This document shows positions 12,311 to 25,574 of a stretch of 64,000 nucleotides of DNA, piece after piece. Both the position numbers and the translations under genes were made by a program. This stretch comes from Octopus bimaculoides (lineage: Eukaryota): contig NC_069008.1 of NCBI RefSeq assembly GCF_001194135.2, forward strand, positions 8,867,163 to 8,931,162, read 5' to 3'. The stretch's first letter is position 1, and each line of letters starts with the position of its first letter. Under the pieces are notes generated by a model. The model made no database searches. It saw only the letters and a list, made by a program, of their open reading frames with translations, and had not been told where the DNA came from.

Positions 12311-14179
12311 ATATGAAAAAGAAAACAATATATTTATGAATACATGAGAAATCTTTATTAAAAAAAAAATTAGTATCCCAAATGAACCAAATCAAATTAC
12401 CACTAGATATTATTATTAATGATGTTCTCATTACTGTTACTAAAATAACTGGAAACATTCACTTAAGTAACACACACACATATGATAAAATATACACACG
12501 TTTAAAAACCTGCAAAATGACTTTTTGACCTGTCACCAATTTCAACCATCTCAGAAAAAAACCTTTCTTTCTTTTTCTTTCTCTAACTAAGCCTCTAAAA
12601 ATTCCTCACACACATATTCATGCACACACATGCATATTGATTCAAAATAACAAAGAACATCCTCTTCCCAACTCCAGATTTTTTTTAAGTACCTCACATA
12701 TATACAAAAGGTATGAATTCTCTATACATATATCATTCGTGATGAATCTCCCAAAAGAGAATGGAAGTGCTAAATAAATAATTTTTATCCAAAATCCTGG
12801 TTACCCCCTATTTCTTGATAGACACACACACACATATACACAACAAGCTTCTTTCAGTTTCTGTCTCTTAAATCCACTCACAAGGCTTAAACCTGGAAAC
12901 TATGTAGTTGGGACAAAAATTTCTCATTATGATTTCTTGCTGTTGAGAGAGAGAGAGAGAGACATGACTTGCATATCCTCACTGGCTAACCCTTATGAAG
13001 TCACTACACATGGAAGCAGTACACATTTGGCAGGTTGTATCTATGTTGTAAATGGATGATATATGTTTGGAAAAGCTAGGAAAGAATGAAGAAGACCAGA
13101 GTTATCTGCATTACGAGTGGATGATGTTAGATGTGTTCTCTCTTTTCTTTTACTCTCTTTTACTTGTTTCAGTCATTTGACTGCGGCCATGCTGGAGCAC
13201 CGCCTTTAGTCGAGCAAATCAACCCCGGGACTTATTCTTTGTAAGCCTAGTACTTATTCTATCGGTCTCTTTTGCCGAACTGCTAAGTGACGGGGACATA
13301 GACACACCAGCATCGGTTGTTAAGCAATGCTAGGGGGACAAACACAAACACACACATATATATATATGACAGGCTTCTTTCAGTCTCCATCTACCAAATC
13401 CACTCACAAGGCTTTGGTCGGTCCGAGGCTATAGTTGAAGACACTTACCCAAGATGCCACGCAGTGGGACTAAACCCGGAACCATGTGGTTGGTATTCCC
13501 AATTCACTTTGGTTTCATTTGATAATTCTAAATCAGACATGAGCAACCTTTACAGAGACAATTTTCCGTTTAGGCAACTCATTCAAAAATTCCTCTGGGC
13601 CATATGTGGCCCATGGCTGTTCTAAATATTAACTAAAACACCAGATGCTTCATTTTTGTATTTGGTTAGCAAGATTCTTTATGTGAATTCATGAGTTGAA
13701 ACAAATTTTGCTGTGCTTTGGGCAAGCCATTATGCCAATATCAACTGATGCATGTGTAATTAATATTGGTGTAATGACTTTTCCAAGACACAAGAAAACA
13801 ACAAATATTCTAAACAGGAAATGCAAATTAATTTTCAAATGTCTGCACATGAATAATATTAATTTTTTTTTTTAACACTTGCCTACCATAACAATCACCA
13901 GTTCCTCCTCATGCTATATTCTTAATATAGTATGGTAGCCACCAGTGACTTCCAATGGGGACGCTGCTTCTCTTAGGACCCTCAGATTACTGTGATTTAA
14001 GCTACCTTATTTAAATTTTAGGAAACATACAGAACACAGATATCAGAAGGGTGCAAGTCACTGTATTCTCCACCAATGGTGTACTGTCCTACAAAAAATA
14101 ACTTTGTGAAAAAGAAGTCATTAAGGCTTATCTATATCTATAAAAGAGATCTATACCTATAAAAGAGAGTTTGTGTGTG

Positions 14180-15805
14180 TGTGTGTGTGTGTGTCTGTTC
14201 ACCCTTCTCTCAAACTTGAACCTGGCTTCTCGTTTCAGGGTGTGCTTGTAGCAGCTCGCCCTGTCTCTCAGTATGGCAGGTTCTCCTTTCAAGAAGTACT
14301 CCACCGTCCATCTTTCGCCATCAAACTCAGCACAGAAGTCCTCATCTTCAACTGCAACTATGGAAAACTCTCTCACTACCAGTAATTTGTCACTCCTACA
14401 GCCTTCTTCTTCCGCTTCATGCACATGGCATGCAGCACACCGGTCACCAAACTTTACTCCTGCCCTGCCAGCCATCACACCACCCGATCGTGAGATCACA
14501 TCCATTCTGACCACTATGTTGATGCTATCCACCACCTCATCAACTACAATCACCTGCAGCCTCAACACAGACCCCTGTACTTCCATTTCCATATTGCTGA
14601 TTCCCATACCTTTGATTTCCCAGCCATCTCCTGCCCCAAGCCTGGTGTTTCCTCTCCAGCTCTCAACCATTCTTGCAGTCATCAGGCTTGTTGTGTAACC
14701 CATAGCTACGAGGGTTCATGCTTCCCTTGCCCCAACCATAAGCCTCACTACAGGCAATGGAGGGAACTAGCAGCGCAGTAGTTCCCTTCTGCTCATTTCC
14801 CAGCTTGGAGTTATTCGCTGTGTGCCAAAGGTGGCCGCATCAGTAACACACCCCCATTGGCTTGGTTCCTTGCATTCCCTGACCATGTGCGGACCTTGAT
14901 ATCTGAAGCATAGTCCCTTGGCTATTTGCTGTCATTGTTTGCCGCCTACTTCTTCATCCTGCTTATATTCACCGTCACTGTTGCCACTATGTCACGTGTG
15001 TCACTTTGCAACAACACCTGTGATTGATTGATCACTTTTCCTGCTGACATCATTTCAATATCTGGCATCTGCTGCAAGCGTAGAGATATGGTTGGAGAAG
15101 CGGTCACAAAAGCCAGCTTTACCATCCACTTCGTTGCTGCTCCACCAACTTTCTAATCTCATTCTTGTAGTCGTCTACTCACTCGCTGGTCCATCTCACT
15201 CTTCCAAGCTTGCTGTAGGCTTTAAAGGCCCCCTCTGTGTACGCGTCCTTTAGCCACTCTTCAATTTTCTCTTGGTCCACTTCTTTCATCTCCAAGTAGA
15301 GATTCAGCACACTGCCTTCTAGGTACAACAGCATAATGCTAGCCACGTCTTCTATTCCCTGCAGCTTCGTCATGAGTCTCAACTTCTTTATCCTGGCCAC
15401 CACATCGCCTTCCTCAGTGAACGGTTTCAACACATCACTACCGATTCTGATTTTTGTGGTCATTGTAAAAAATTGAGGAAGAATAAGAACAAAAGAAAAA
15501 ATTTTTAAATCTACTTCTTGGACGTACCCCAACAGCTGAAATAGCTTGTGGTTTAAGGGCACGAAAATAGAGTTACTGTTATCTCGACTTGCAATTCAAG
15601 TACTACTGGCAGAGCATTCAGTTGTTATCACGTGTTGACTCAGCTCAACCGTTAACAACCTAAAAAGAGGGAGACTTTCGTTGTCGCTCGCCGACGTGAC
15701 GTCATCTTGACCTTTCCAGTCTTGCACCGTCTCTGCCTCTGTCTTCCGGTCAATTACCCTTCCACCACAGTGAGCACACACGCATACATACTGATACACA
15801 TCACA
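14180..15805 (-). mobile_element. Gypsy-like LTR retrotransposon remnant (candidate 5' LTR, gag, protease; no RT seen)
   Basis: gag-like ORF from ATG 15463, degenerate Zn knuckle CFRYQGPHMVREC (14872-14910), degenerate aspartyl-protease site TLVAMGYTT. Candidate LTR starts TG at 15805. Truncated at a (GT)n tract. Confidence 0.7.
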
Positions 15806-16329
15806 ATTTCTTTCGAAATTTCAATTTTCATTTTCTAGATATGTGACGTAGATCAGTATGTATGCGTAAGAGCCCACCAAATTTTCTTTTCCAAATTAAA
15901 TTCCGATATAACCGTAATCTACACATTCTGAAAGTTATAGAAAATTTCATTAAAAAATTACCGGTTTTTCCCAAAGTTATGGGTAAAGAAAGCCGTCTCA
16001 TGTGACTTTTCCGAAACTCCTCACCCCACCCTCGGAAAATTTTTTCCCCAAAACTTCCGATATGATCAGAAGCTGCACCATCTGAAGCATATTTGTAGAA
16101 AATTTCATCTAAACATATCCGTTTTTTGAAAGTTATGAGGGAACAATTTCGGGAGGGGACACATCTGCAGGAATACCACTCGACCCTATATGTCCAGGCA
16201 TGGGTAATCTATTACCCTAGAAGTGGACCACATGATACATGGATCATCGTTAGGCGGGCCACACAGTTAAACAAAAATTTCAATGCCATTCACCAAGTCT
16301 TGCGGGCCACATGTTGCCTATAACAATTA

Positions 16330-16539
16330 TATATATATATATATATTGAGAAATCAACACACCTTAAGTTTCGTCCCTTGGCGGACCGAATTACTTCGAC
16401 AATGTTTCCGTTTCGTGTTTTAACTTCACCCAGCGGTGATTGAGGGAACAGCGCCGCTGTCATTCGGTGGCGCAAATTACAACGCAGTGGGAACCCGATT
16501 TGAATTTAGGATTGTGTGTGTGTTTATATTTATATATAC

Positions 16540-16580
<41 letters not shown>

Positions 16581-16772
16581 TACATTCGTGTGTGTGTATA
16601 TATACATATATATAAAAAAATATATATGTGTATCGTCGTCGAGTTTAAAGAACGTTGTAATTATTCTTGTAAATTTAAATTTAAATAGATATTAGTGTGT
16701 CATATATATACATATATAATATATATATAGATATATATATAAACATACCTACTTGTATATAGACAGATTATA

Positions 16773-16816
<44 letters not shown>

Positions 16817-16970
16817 AATTAATCTTCTTTATATATATTTATACTTGTATATACACACATATTTACACGCACATAATACATGTATGTATATATTTGATAG
16901 TGGTGTGTTTAGGTATAGATTTCAAGTGGAGACGAACGAAAGAAGGTACCAAGAAAGCTGTTGAGGTGAG
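16330..16970. promoter_or_regulatory. Candidate promoter / first-exon region of ANAPC7 (CpG-enriched, non-repeat patch)
   Basis: Local cluster of CpG dinucleotides in non-repeat sequence at 16370-16500. Possible + strand donor GAG|GTGAGA at 16965/16966. An AG acceptor lies 20 nt before the ANAPC7 ATG (20917), suggesting an upstream non-coding exon. Confidence 0.35.
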
Positions 16971-16989
16971 AAACCTGTCTAATTTTGAT

Positions 16990-17030
<41 letters not shown>

Positions 17031-17477
17031 GCACATAGACATAGCTATTTATATTCATATACGCTCACACAAACACGTACACGAGCAACTCCATTTAAAT
17101 GATGTAATAACGGTTTCCTTTATTAACCGAGGGTCACAAATCTTTATGGCTATAGTATAATGATGGCCTGCATGGACCCAGGATCGCACACATGCCCCAG
17201 AAGCTATTGTAATTGCCTGTAACCTAGTGCGAAATATACATAGAATAACATAACGGTCGCTTGCATTGAGTTTGGGCCACAAACGTATGGGAACGGTATA
17301 ATGATTGACTGTTCCAGAACCACATAAACGTGCAGATGTGTAATCTATTTAACCGATGCTGGCGTATACCTGCTTTACAAATCACTGTTTCTTCTCGGAT
17401 AGAACCCAAAATCATTCACCTGGATGGGATTTGGACTTAAATCGCAAATATTCTAGTAACTTTCATGGTAGGACCTT

Positions 17478-18130
17478 ACATCATCATCATCATCATCATT
17501 TTACATCGGGTTTACTATGCTTGCATGGATTTGGATAAGTCCTCTCCAACACCGTCTCTAGCCACTTGTGATTTGAAAAAGTTATCTCCTTTGAAAGTTT
17601 CAGCCTCTTGAGATCAGTTTCCGTCTCTTCGCACGTTCTTCTTGGTCATTTTCTTCCGCTTGTTGTTGTTTAGCACATCTTTTCCCAGTCGTAGTTCTCC
17701 ATATGCATTTCAAGTCTGGATTCCTCTTAATACAGAGTTTACACCCAGTCCATTCGTGCTGCTTTCCATAAAACTAACTACATTTCTTTCCAGCCTTTGT
17801 ACATCTTGCATATTCAGTGCCCGTGTTTTGTTACCATGTAATTTCGCATTTCATACACAAACATGTTATGCTCTTCCCTTCACTCTCAGAGAATCCTTTA
17901 CTTCTCAGAAAAGGTGATAATAACACCCTGTTCTTATCGTGGCCACTGTTTTCACTATACCCATCTTTGCAGCTGCTTAGCTCACCTAAGTAAAAGAAGC
18001 TATCAATTACGATAGATCTTTCTGGGCATTTCACTGGTGCTTTTACTGATAACTGTTCCTGTGCTGCATTCAAAATCCTCCTTCTGTTATACTGTCTTTA
18101 ATTCCACTATATCTCTTGCATACCTGTAGT
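17478..18130 (-). mobile_element. RTE-clade LINE 3' fragment
   Basis: Minus-strand translation includes VIDSFFYLG; the element ends in a (GAT)n tail at ~17478-17497. Confidence 0.6.
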
Positions 18131-18410
18131 TTACATTTCTTACACTTATATTACTAGCAGTACTTGGAGAAATTCCACAGGTATTTTCAGCTTGTTGCAA
18201 TTTTTGTTTAGAATCAACAATTCTGCAAAGTACTTACTGTATTTTGTACACTGGGACTAGCATAGTCATAACGTATTCTTTTCTGTAACATAGAAATAAA
18301 CATAGTTGTACTATGGTAGAATACTATATATATATATTTTTATAAAACAAAATTTTATAAAATATATAGTATCTGTTAACAGTCTTAGCAAAAACCTCAC
18401 AGGTGAGTTT

Positions 18411-18441
<31 letters not shown>

Positions 18442-18513
18442 NNNNNNNNNNGAAGATACTTTATTGCATATAAAGTATCTTCAATGCATCGATTTTGAGC
18501 TCTATCCTTTAAG

Positions 18514-18562
<49 letters not shown>

Positions 18563-19695
18563 AAGGACTCCGTTCAGTCATGAATGACCATGGGATTGCA
18601 CCTAGAAAATTTCCCTCTGAGGCACAAGTCCAGGTGAAGTTGTTTAATGAAGACCAGCAGTCGCCTATGGCTCCCTTCTTAGCCAAGGGAACGGTAAAGG
18701 CCTAGACAGCTTGGTATCAGTGGCATCATGACTCATTTCCACAGTTGAGTGAACTGGAGCAACATGAAATGAAGTGCTTTGTTCAATAGCACAACACATA
18801 ACCCAAACTCGTTACCTCATAATTATGAATCCAATGCTCTAACCACTCAGCCATGCACCTTCACAGAGTGCCAGTTCTTCATATATATATATTGGGCCGG
18901 ATATGACCAGTTTAAATGCTTAAGGGTTAAACATATAAATGTCATAATCTCACCTGATATATACTTCTATCCATTTATGCTTGTACCTACTCAATTGATA
19001 AACTGCTCACAGCCAATCTTGATTATGCAGCTGTAATATCTTTGCTTTTAGTTGCAGTTGAACTTTTAGGCTTCAAGTCAGCCTCAAGCACTAATTGTAT
19101 GTACATCATCATCATTTAACATTCGTTCTCCATGCTGGCATGGGTTGGACGATTTGACAGGAGTTGACTAACTAAAGAGCTGCTAAGGCTCCATTTGTAT
19201 GTATTGACATGGTTTCTATGGTGGGATGCCCTTCTGAATGCCAACCACTTTACAGAATGTACTGGGGGGCTTTTTATGTGGTAGCAGCATAGGCACATTT
19301 ACATGGCACCATCATGGGTGCTTTTACATAGCACTGGCACAGGCATTTTTCCATGGCACCAGTGCCCATGAGCCCGCGAGACTAGAATCTACGTCTGAGA
19401 GAGGGATGTAGAGGATATGCCTGTATGCATGGACAGCAACAATTTTACTTAGATTGGCATGTCTTCTGAAGTACAGCAAGGTATCAGAAGTCTCAGTCCC
19501 TTGTCATCTCCCCTGTGAGGCCCAACATCTGAAGGTCCATTCTCACCACTTCATCCCACATTCTTTTGGGTCTACCCCTTCCATACATTCTCTCCACATT
19601 TAGAGATTGGCACTTCATATTTCTTTATCTCATCAAAAGTGATATTGCTGGAATTATACACACACACACATATGTATACATATGTATACATATAC

Positions 19696-19728
<33 letters not shown>

Positions 19729-20937
19729 TATACCCATGCCATTGACACGTGAAAGGCACCTGTGCCAGTGACGTGTAAAAGGCATGCTCTGATGGAGTAA
19801 CCATGTATCTCCTCTACTGTAAGACATGTTTCTGTTTCTCTGTCACACTCTAACCTTTCATCACTTGGCACAAGGTCACTGCTTCTCAAAGGAGCTTTGT
19901 CTTATAAGTTACTTAGTGTTCTGCCAGTGCTGGTGCCATGTAAAAAGCATCCAGTCCACACTAAAGTGGTTGGCATTTGGAAGGGCATCCAGCTGTAAAA
20001 ACCAAGCCCAAACTAATCTAGCTTGTGCTGGTGCCAAGCAAAAAGTATTTCATCAATTTTGCGGAATGGTTGGTGTTAGGAAGGGCATCCTGAATTAAAG
20101 ACCATGCCAAAACAGACAGCAAAGTTTGGNNNNNNNNNNNNNNNNNNNNNNNNNNNNNNNNNNNNNNNNNNNNNNNNNNNNNNNNNNNNNNNNNNNNNNN
20201 NNNNNNNNNNNNNNNNNNNNNNNNNNNNNNNNNNNNNNNNNNNNNNNNNNNNNNNNNNNNNNNNNNNNNNNNNNNNNNNNNNNNNNNNNNNNNNNNNNNN
20301 NNTAACAGTTAAAAATTCAAATCTTAAAAGAACTCAAAAAATTTGGGAAATTACAAGTTTTACATTTTAACTGAATTTAAAATAATAACCATATTTGTAG
20401 AGTTCCAATAAATACCATAGTTTTGAACTGCAGGCCCAATTAGCTCTCTGCAAGAGCTAGCTAAAAAGTCCGCATGGAGTGCGGCTTTTATGTTACACTT
20501 TTACTTGTTTCAGTCATTTGACTGTGGCCATGCTGGAGCACCGCCTTTAGTCGAGCAAATCGACCCAGGACTTATTCTTTGTAAGCCTAGTACTTATTCT
20601 ATCGGTCTCTTTTGCCAAACCGCTAAGTTATGGAGACGTAAACACACCACCATTAGTTGTCAAGCAATGTTGGGGGGACAAACACAGACACACAAACATA
20701 TACACACACATACATATATATATTCATATATATGACGGGCTTCTTTCAGTTTCTGTCTACCAAATCCACGCAGTGGGACTGAACCTGGAACCATGTGGTT
20801 CGTAAGCAAGCTACTTACCACACAGCCACTCCTATGCCTAGTGTATATATGTATATATATATATATGTATGTATTATTTATATATATATATATAATGTCT
20901 GAATGCATCTGTTGCAGGTTGTATCAAACCAATCAAA

Positions 20938-21003
20938 ATGAGCCTGTTTGAGAATGTGAAGCGGCTCTATGACTGTGAGCTCTACAGTGATTTGAAACAG
21001 CTG
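20938..21003 (+). CDS. ANAPC7: ANAPC7 coding exon 1 (MSLFENVKRLYDCELYSDLKQL)
   Basis: ATG 20938, donor GTAAGT 21004. The 22 aa align with the human N-terminus MNVIDHVRDMAAAGLHSNVRLL (recalled). Confidence 0.88.
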
Positions 21004-24000
21004 GTAAGTAATACTGCCTTTTGTCAATGTTTTTTCTTTAAACGCCTGTAAATCCCATCGCAGTAGATCTGCAATCAAAGACTATTTGGTCATATTGTTT
21101 TCCAGAGAGTATATTCATCATCGTGTTTACATCTGATTTTCCATTCTCACATGTGTGTTGGATGGAATTTGTTGAGGTGGATTTTCTATGGACAGATAGC
21201 CTTTCTGTTAGCAACCCTTGTCTGTTGACCAAACGTTTTCATAGAAGACTGGATACAAAGGACACTGCTTGTATAACAGTGTCACTCATTTACAGCTATT
21301 ACACATCATCAAGGAAAGGAGACAGTAATACAACATACTCAGATTATAGAATGAGCTTTCGGTTCCCATCTAACAAATCCACTCAGAAGGCTTTGTTCAA
21401 CAAGGGGTTATAGTAGGAGACACCACAGATACCACACAATGGGACTAAACCCAAAACCTTGTGGTTGGGAAGCAAGCTTCTTGACCACACCTCTGCCTGT
21501 GTTGTTATTATTATTAAGGCAGCAAGTTGGCAGGATCATTAGCACACTGGACGAAATGCTTAGCTGTATTTCAGCCATCATCATGTCCTGAGTTCAGATT
21601 CCACCGAGGTCAACTTTGCCTGTCATCCTTTCGAGATCGATAAATTAAGTACCAGTCGCATACTGGGGTCAATCTAATTGACTGGTTCTCTCCCCCAAAA
21701 TTTCAGGGCTTGTTCCTATAGTAGAAAGGATTATTATTATTAAGGCAGTGGGCTAACGGAAATGTTAGTACGCTGGGCAGTGTTTCGTCTGTCTGCATGT
21801 TCTAAGTTCAAATTCCACCACGATCAACTTTGCCTTTCATCCTTTCGGGGTCAATGAAATAAACACCAGTTAAACATATTCTTTTGCCAAACTGCTACTT
21901 TATGGGAACATAAATAAACCAATACTGGTTCTGAAGCATTAATGGGGGACAAACAAATATACACACACACACACACAAATATATATATAAAATAATAAAC
22001 AGAAAACACAAATTCCTCACCTGTTTTTCCCCCTCCTATTATTAGGTCATATTCCACGCACTAGCCTCTCCTGTACTATACTGGACACTAGAGTGGATTG
22101 TGGAATTCACTACTGAGCTTGGTTGTGGTTGCATGTTGCCTATTGCTGTGCGTCCATTTTCTGATATACATTTATCTATCTGATGGGAGACAAACACAAA
22201 ACACATATACACGCACACATGTATAAAATAATAAGCAGAAAACATGAATTCCACACCTGTTTTCTTTTTTTATTTTTAGTTTTTTTTTTCTTGTCTCCTC
22301 TAGTCTTCTTGAGTATAACAACACTTCCAGATATGTTGGTCTTTTGTCATCTCCTTCATAAGGCTCAATGTTTTGAGATTGGCCTTCAATAGTTCATCCC
22401 ATGTCATCCTAGGCCTACACCTACAAGTTCCATCCACTTTGTGATCAGCACTTCTTTATGCAACTCTGCTCATCCATGCACATCACAGGACTAAGCCAGT
22501 ACAGTCTTCTTTCTTGTACACTGCATCTAATTCCCCTTCTGCTTCTTTGTATATCTGTTTATCTAAATGTGTATTATATATCTGTTTTATTTAAATATGT
22601 CTCTATATCTGTTTATCTAAATAAATATTTATACATCTGTTATCTAAACATGTATCTACATATCCGTTTTCATCCAGCTTTCTTTCATATGCCTGTTATC
22701 TGCCTGTTTCCGTTCATCTGTCATCTATCTACACATTAATTTCTTCTTTTCAGGCTTGTTTAGTGTTAACCATGTCTGATCAGAACTCAGACCTCCTGAC
22801 ATTAGCCCAAAAATACCAGTGCACTGTCTACTACGCACATTCCCTCTACCAACTGCGAGAGTTTCGGAAAGCTGAGGTAAAAACTTGATCTGATCTTATT
22901 TAAATTTTTGTGTGGTTGAACTCATCTCTGATAGGGATGGTGTTAGTCTTGTTATAAGCTACTTTGTTGGCATCTCTAACTTTTTTGTGATCCCTCATCC
23001 CCTGCCCCAGTTTTGTTTCCTCATACCATTTTTAATAATAAAACATTGCAGGAATACATCTTTTACTTGTTTCAGTCATTGGACTGCAACCATGCTGGGG
23101 CACCACCTTGAAAGGTTTTAGTCTAACAAATCAATCCCAGTACTTAGATTTTATTTTTAACCCTGGTGCTTATTCTGTCAGTCACTTATGCCAAACCACT
23201 AAGTTACAGGGATGTAAACAAACCAGCACTGATTGTTAAGTGGTAGTAAGGAACAAACACAAACACACTCAGAACATCCACATTTAATTAGAGATAAATG
23301 TTACCTCTCTTTCTCTCTCTCTAGGTTCCTCACAGGCAAAGAACACAGGTACAAGATTTTCTGGGCTGGGAACACTGACGGGGTCAGAGGCATGGGTATA
23401 CTTTTTGCAGAGAAATGGGTTGATAAGGTAATCGAGGTAGTCAGAGTATGTGACAGAATACTTAAGATTAGATAAGTGCTTCATCATGGGTTAGCAACCA
23501 TTATCTCGGCCTATGCCCCTCAAACAGGGCTACCTGATGGACAGAAAGACCGATTTTATGACACCCTCTTGCAGACTACCTCGTTGACGAATGACAGGGA
23601 CCTTCTCTTTGTGGCTGGTAACTTCAATGGGCATGTTGGACAACGTACAGGGGGCTTTCATGGCATACATGGAGGCTACAGTTTTGGCTCTCGCAATGAG
23701 GAGGGAACCAGGCGGCTAGAGTTCTGCAATGCAAATCATCTTATGGTTTGCAATACTAACTTCAGGAAGCCTGCCAGTCACCTAGTCACCTACTATTCTG
23801 GCTGACACACTAGCCAAATTGACTACATCCTTGCCAGAAAAAGGGAAAGATGGCGGCTTATAAATGGTGGGTNNNNNNNNNNNNNNNNNNNNNNNNNNNN
23901 NNNNNNNNNNNNNNNNNNNNNNNNNNNNNNNNNNNNNNNAAAAAGCAGTATGGGCATTAATATTTGCTAACATTCCCTGTTAACAAAACCCTCCTCTAGC

Positions 24001-25509
24001 TCTACACTTCAAAGACATTTGGAATAAAGAAAAGAAACCCTTACTTGATAAACATGTGAGGGTTAGCAACAGGAAGGGTATCTGGCTGTAAAAAAAACAA
24101 TGCCTTAAATGACTTGCTCATCTGTTCGATTCCAGCATGGAAAAACGGGTGTAAAAAGAAAGACATATCCCCAGTGTTTGGAAAGCAAAGGGTTGTTGCT
24201 GATTAAATTAACTCCAGTATTGTAGTAATATTTATTTTATCCAAGCATGTGGCTCAGTGGTTAGGGTATTTGGCTCACAATCACAACGTCGAGAGTTTGA
24301 TTCCTTGAGCAAGACACTTTATTTTACATTACTTCAGTCCACTCAACTGGCAAAAACGAGTAGTACCTGTATTTCAAAGGGCCATCCTTGTCATATTCTG
24401 TATCACACTGAATTTCCTTGAAAACTACATTAAGGTTACATATCTGTGGAGTGCTCAGCCACTTGCATGTTAATTTCACGAACAAGCTGTTCAGTTGATC
24501 AGATCAACTGGAACCCTCATCGTCGAAAAAGACTGCCAGTTCAATATTTATTTTATCAGCGCAAAAGAAATGTAAAGTTAAGATAATTCCTTCAAATGTG
24601 GACTTGGTATACATATACTGTCCTTCAACTGATTATATGAAAGATAGTTGCTTAATGATTCAATAAACAAACACACGTTGTAAAGATGTATCTATCTACA
24701 GTGGCACTTTTATCTCTGGTGCATGTGTTCCAGACATTTGTTAAATCTCACTCACTTGTCTTCTCTCTCTCTCTCTCTCTCTCTCTCTTTCAGAGTTTGT
24801 ACAGAAAAGCGCTCCTTCTCAAAAAAGTCATAAACAAGACAAAAGGCAAGAACATTTCACATGTTGTAAGTACACACACTCCATCATTTTACCAGCAACT
24901 TTTCTCTGTTTGCATGGACCATACAGAATTCAGTGAGACATTTCATATATATCATCATCATCATCATCATCGTTTAACGTCCGCTTTCCATGCTAGCATG
25001 GGTTGGACAATTTGACTGAGGACTGGTGAACCAGATGGCTACACCAGGCTCCACTCTGATTTGGCAGAGTTTCTACATATATATATATATATATATATAT
25101 ATCTGTGTGTGTGTGTATATATATATATTTCAATTATTGGCTAAACTGGCAACATGACCATCCCCAAATACAACAATATATATATATATATATATGGATT
25201 CTGAGTTTCTGTCTTCTATATTATTAATACTATAGGCATAGAGTTGTGGCTGTGTGGTAAGATGTTTGTTTTCCAACCACATGGTTATTTATTTATGTAT
25301 GTGTGTGTGTGTATATATACTCTTTTACTCGTTTTAGTCATTTGACTGCGGCCATGCTGGAGCACCGCCTTTAGTCGAGCAAATTGACCCCAGTTCTTAT
25401 TCTATTGGTCTCTTTTCCAAACCGCTAGGTTACGGGGACGTAAACACACCACCATCAGTTATCAAGTGATTTTGCAGGGACAAACACAGACACACAAACA
25501 TATACACAC

Positions 25510-25574
<65 letters not shown>

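Noticed and set aside
14273-14698. 141-aa Ser/Thr-rich + strand ORF
   Set aside because: Antisense shadow of the Gypsy protease region.
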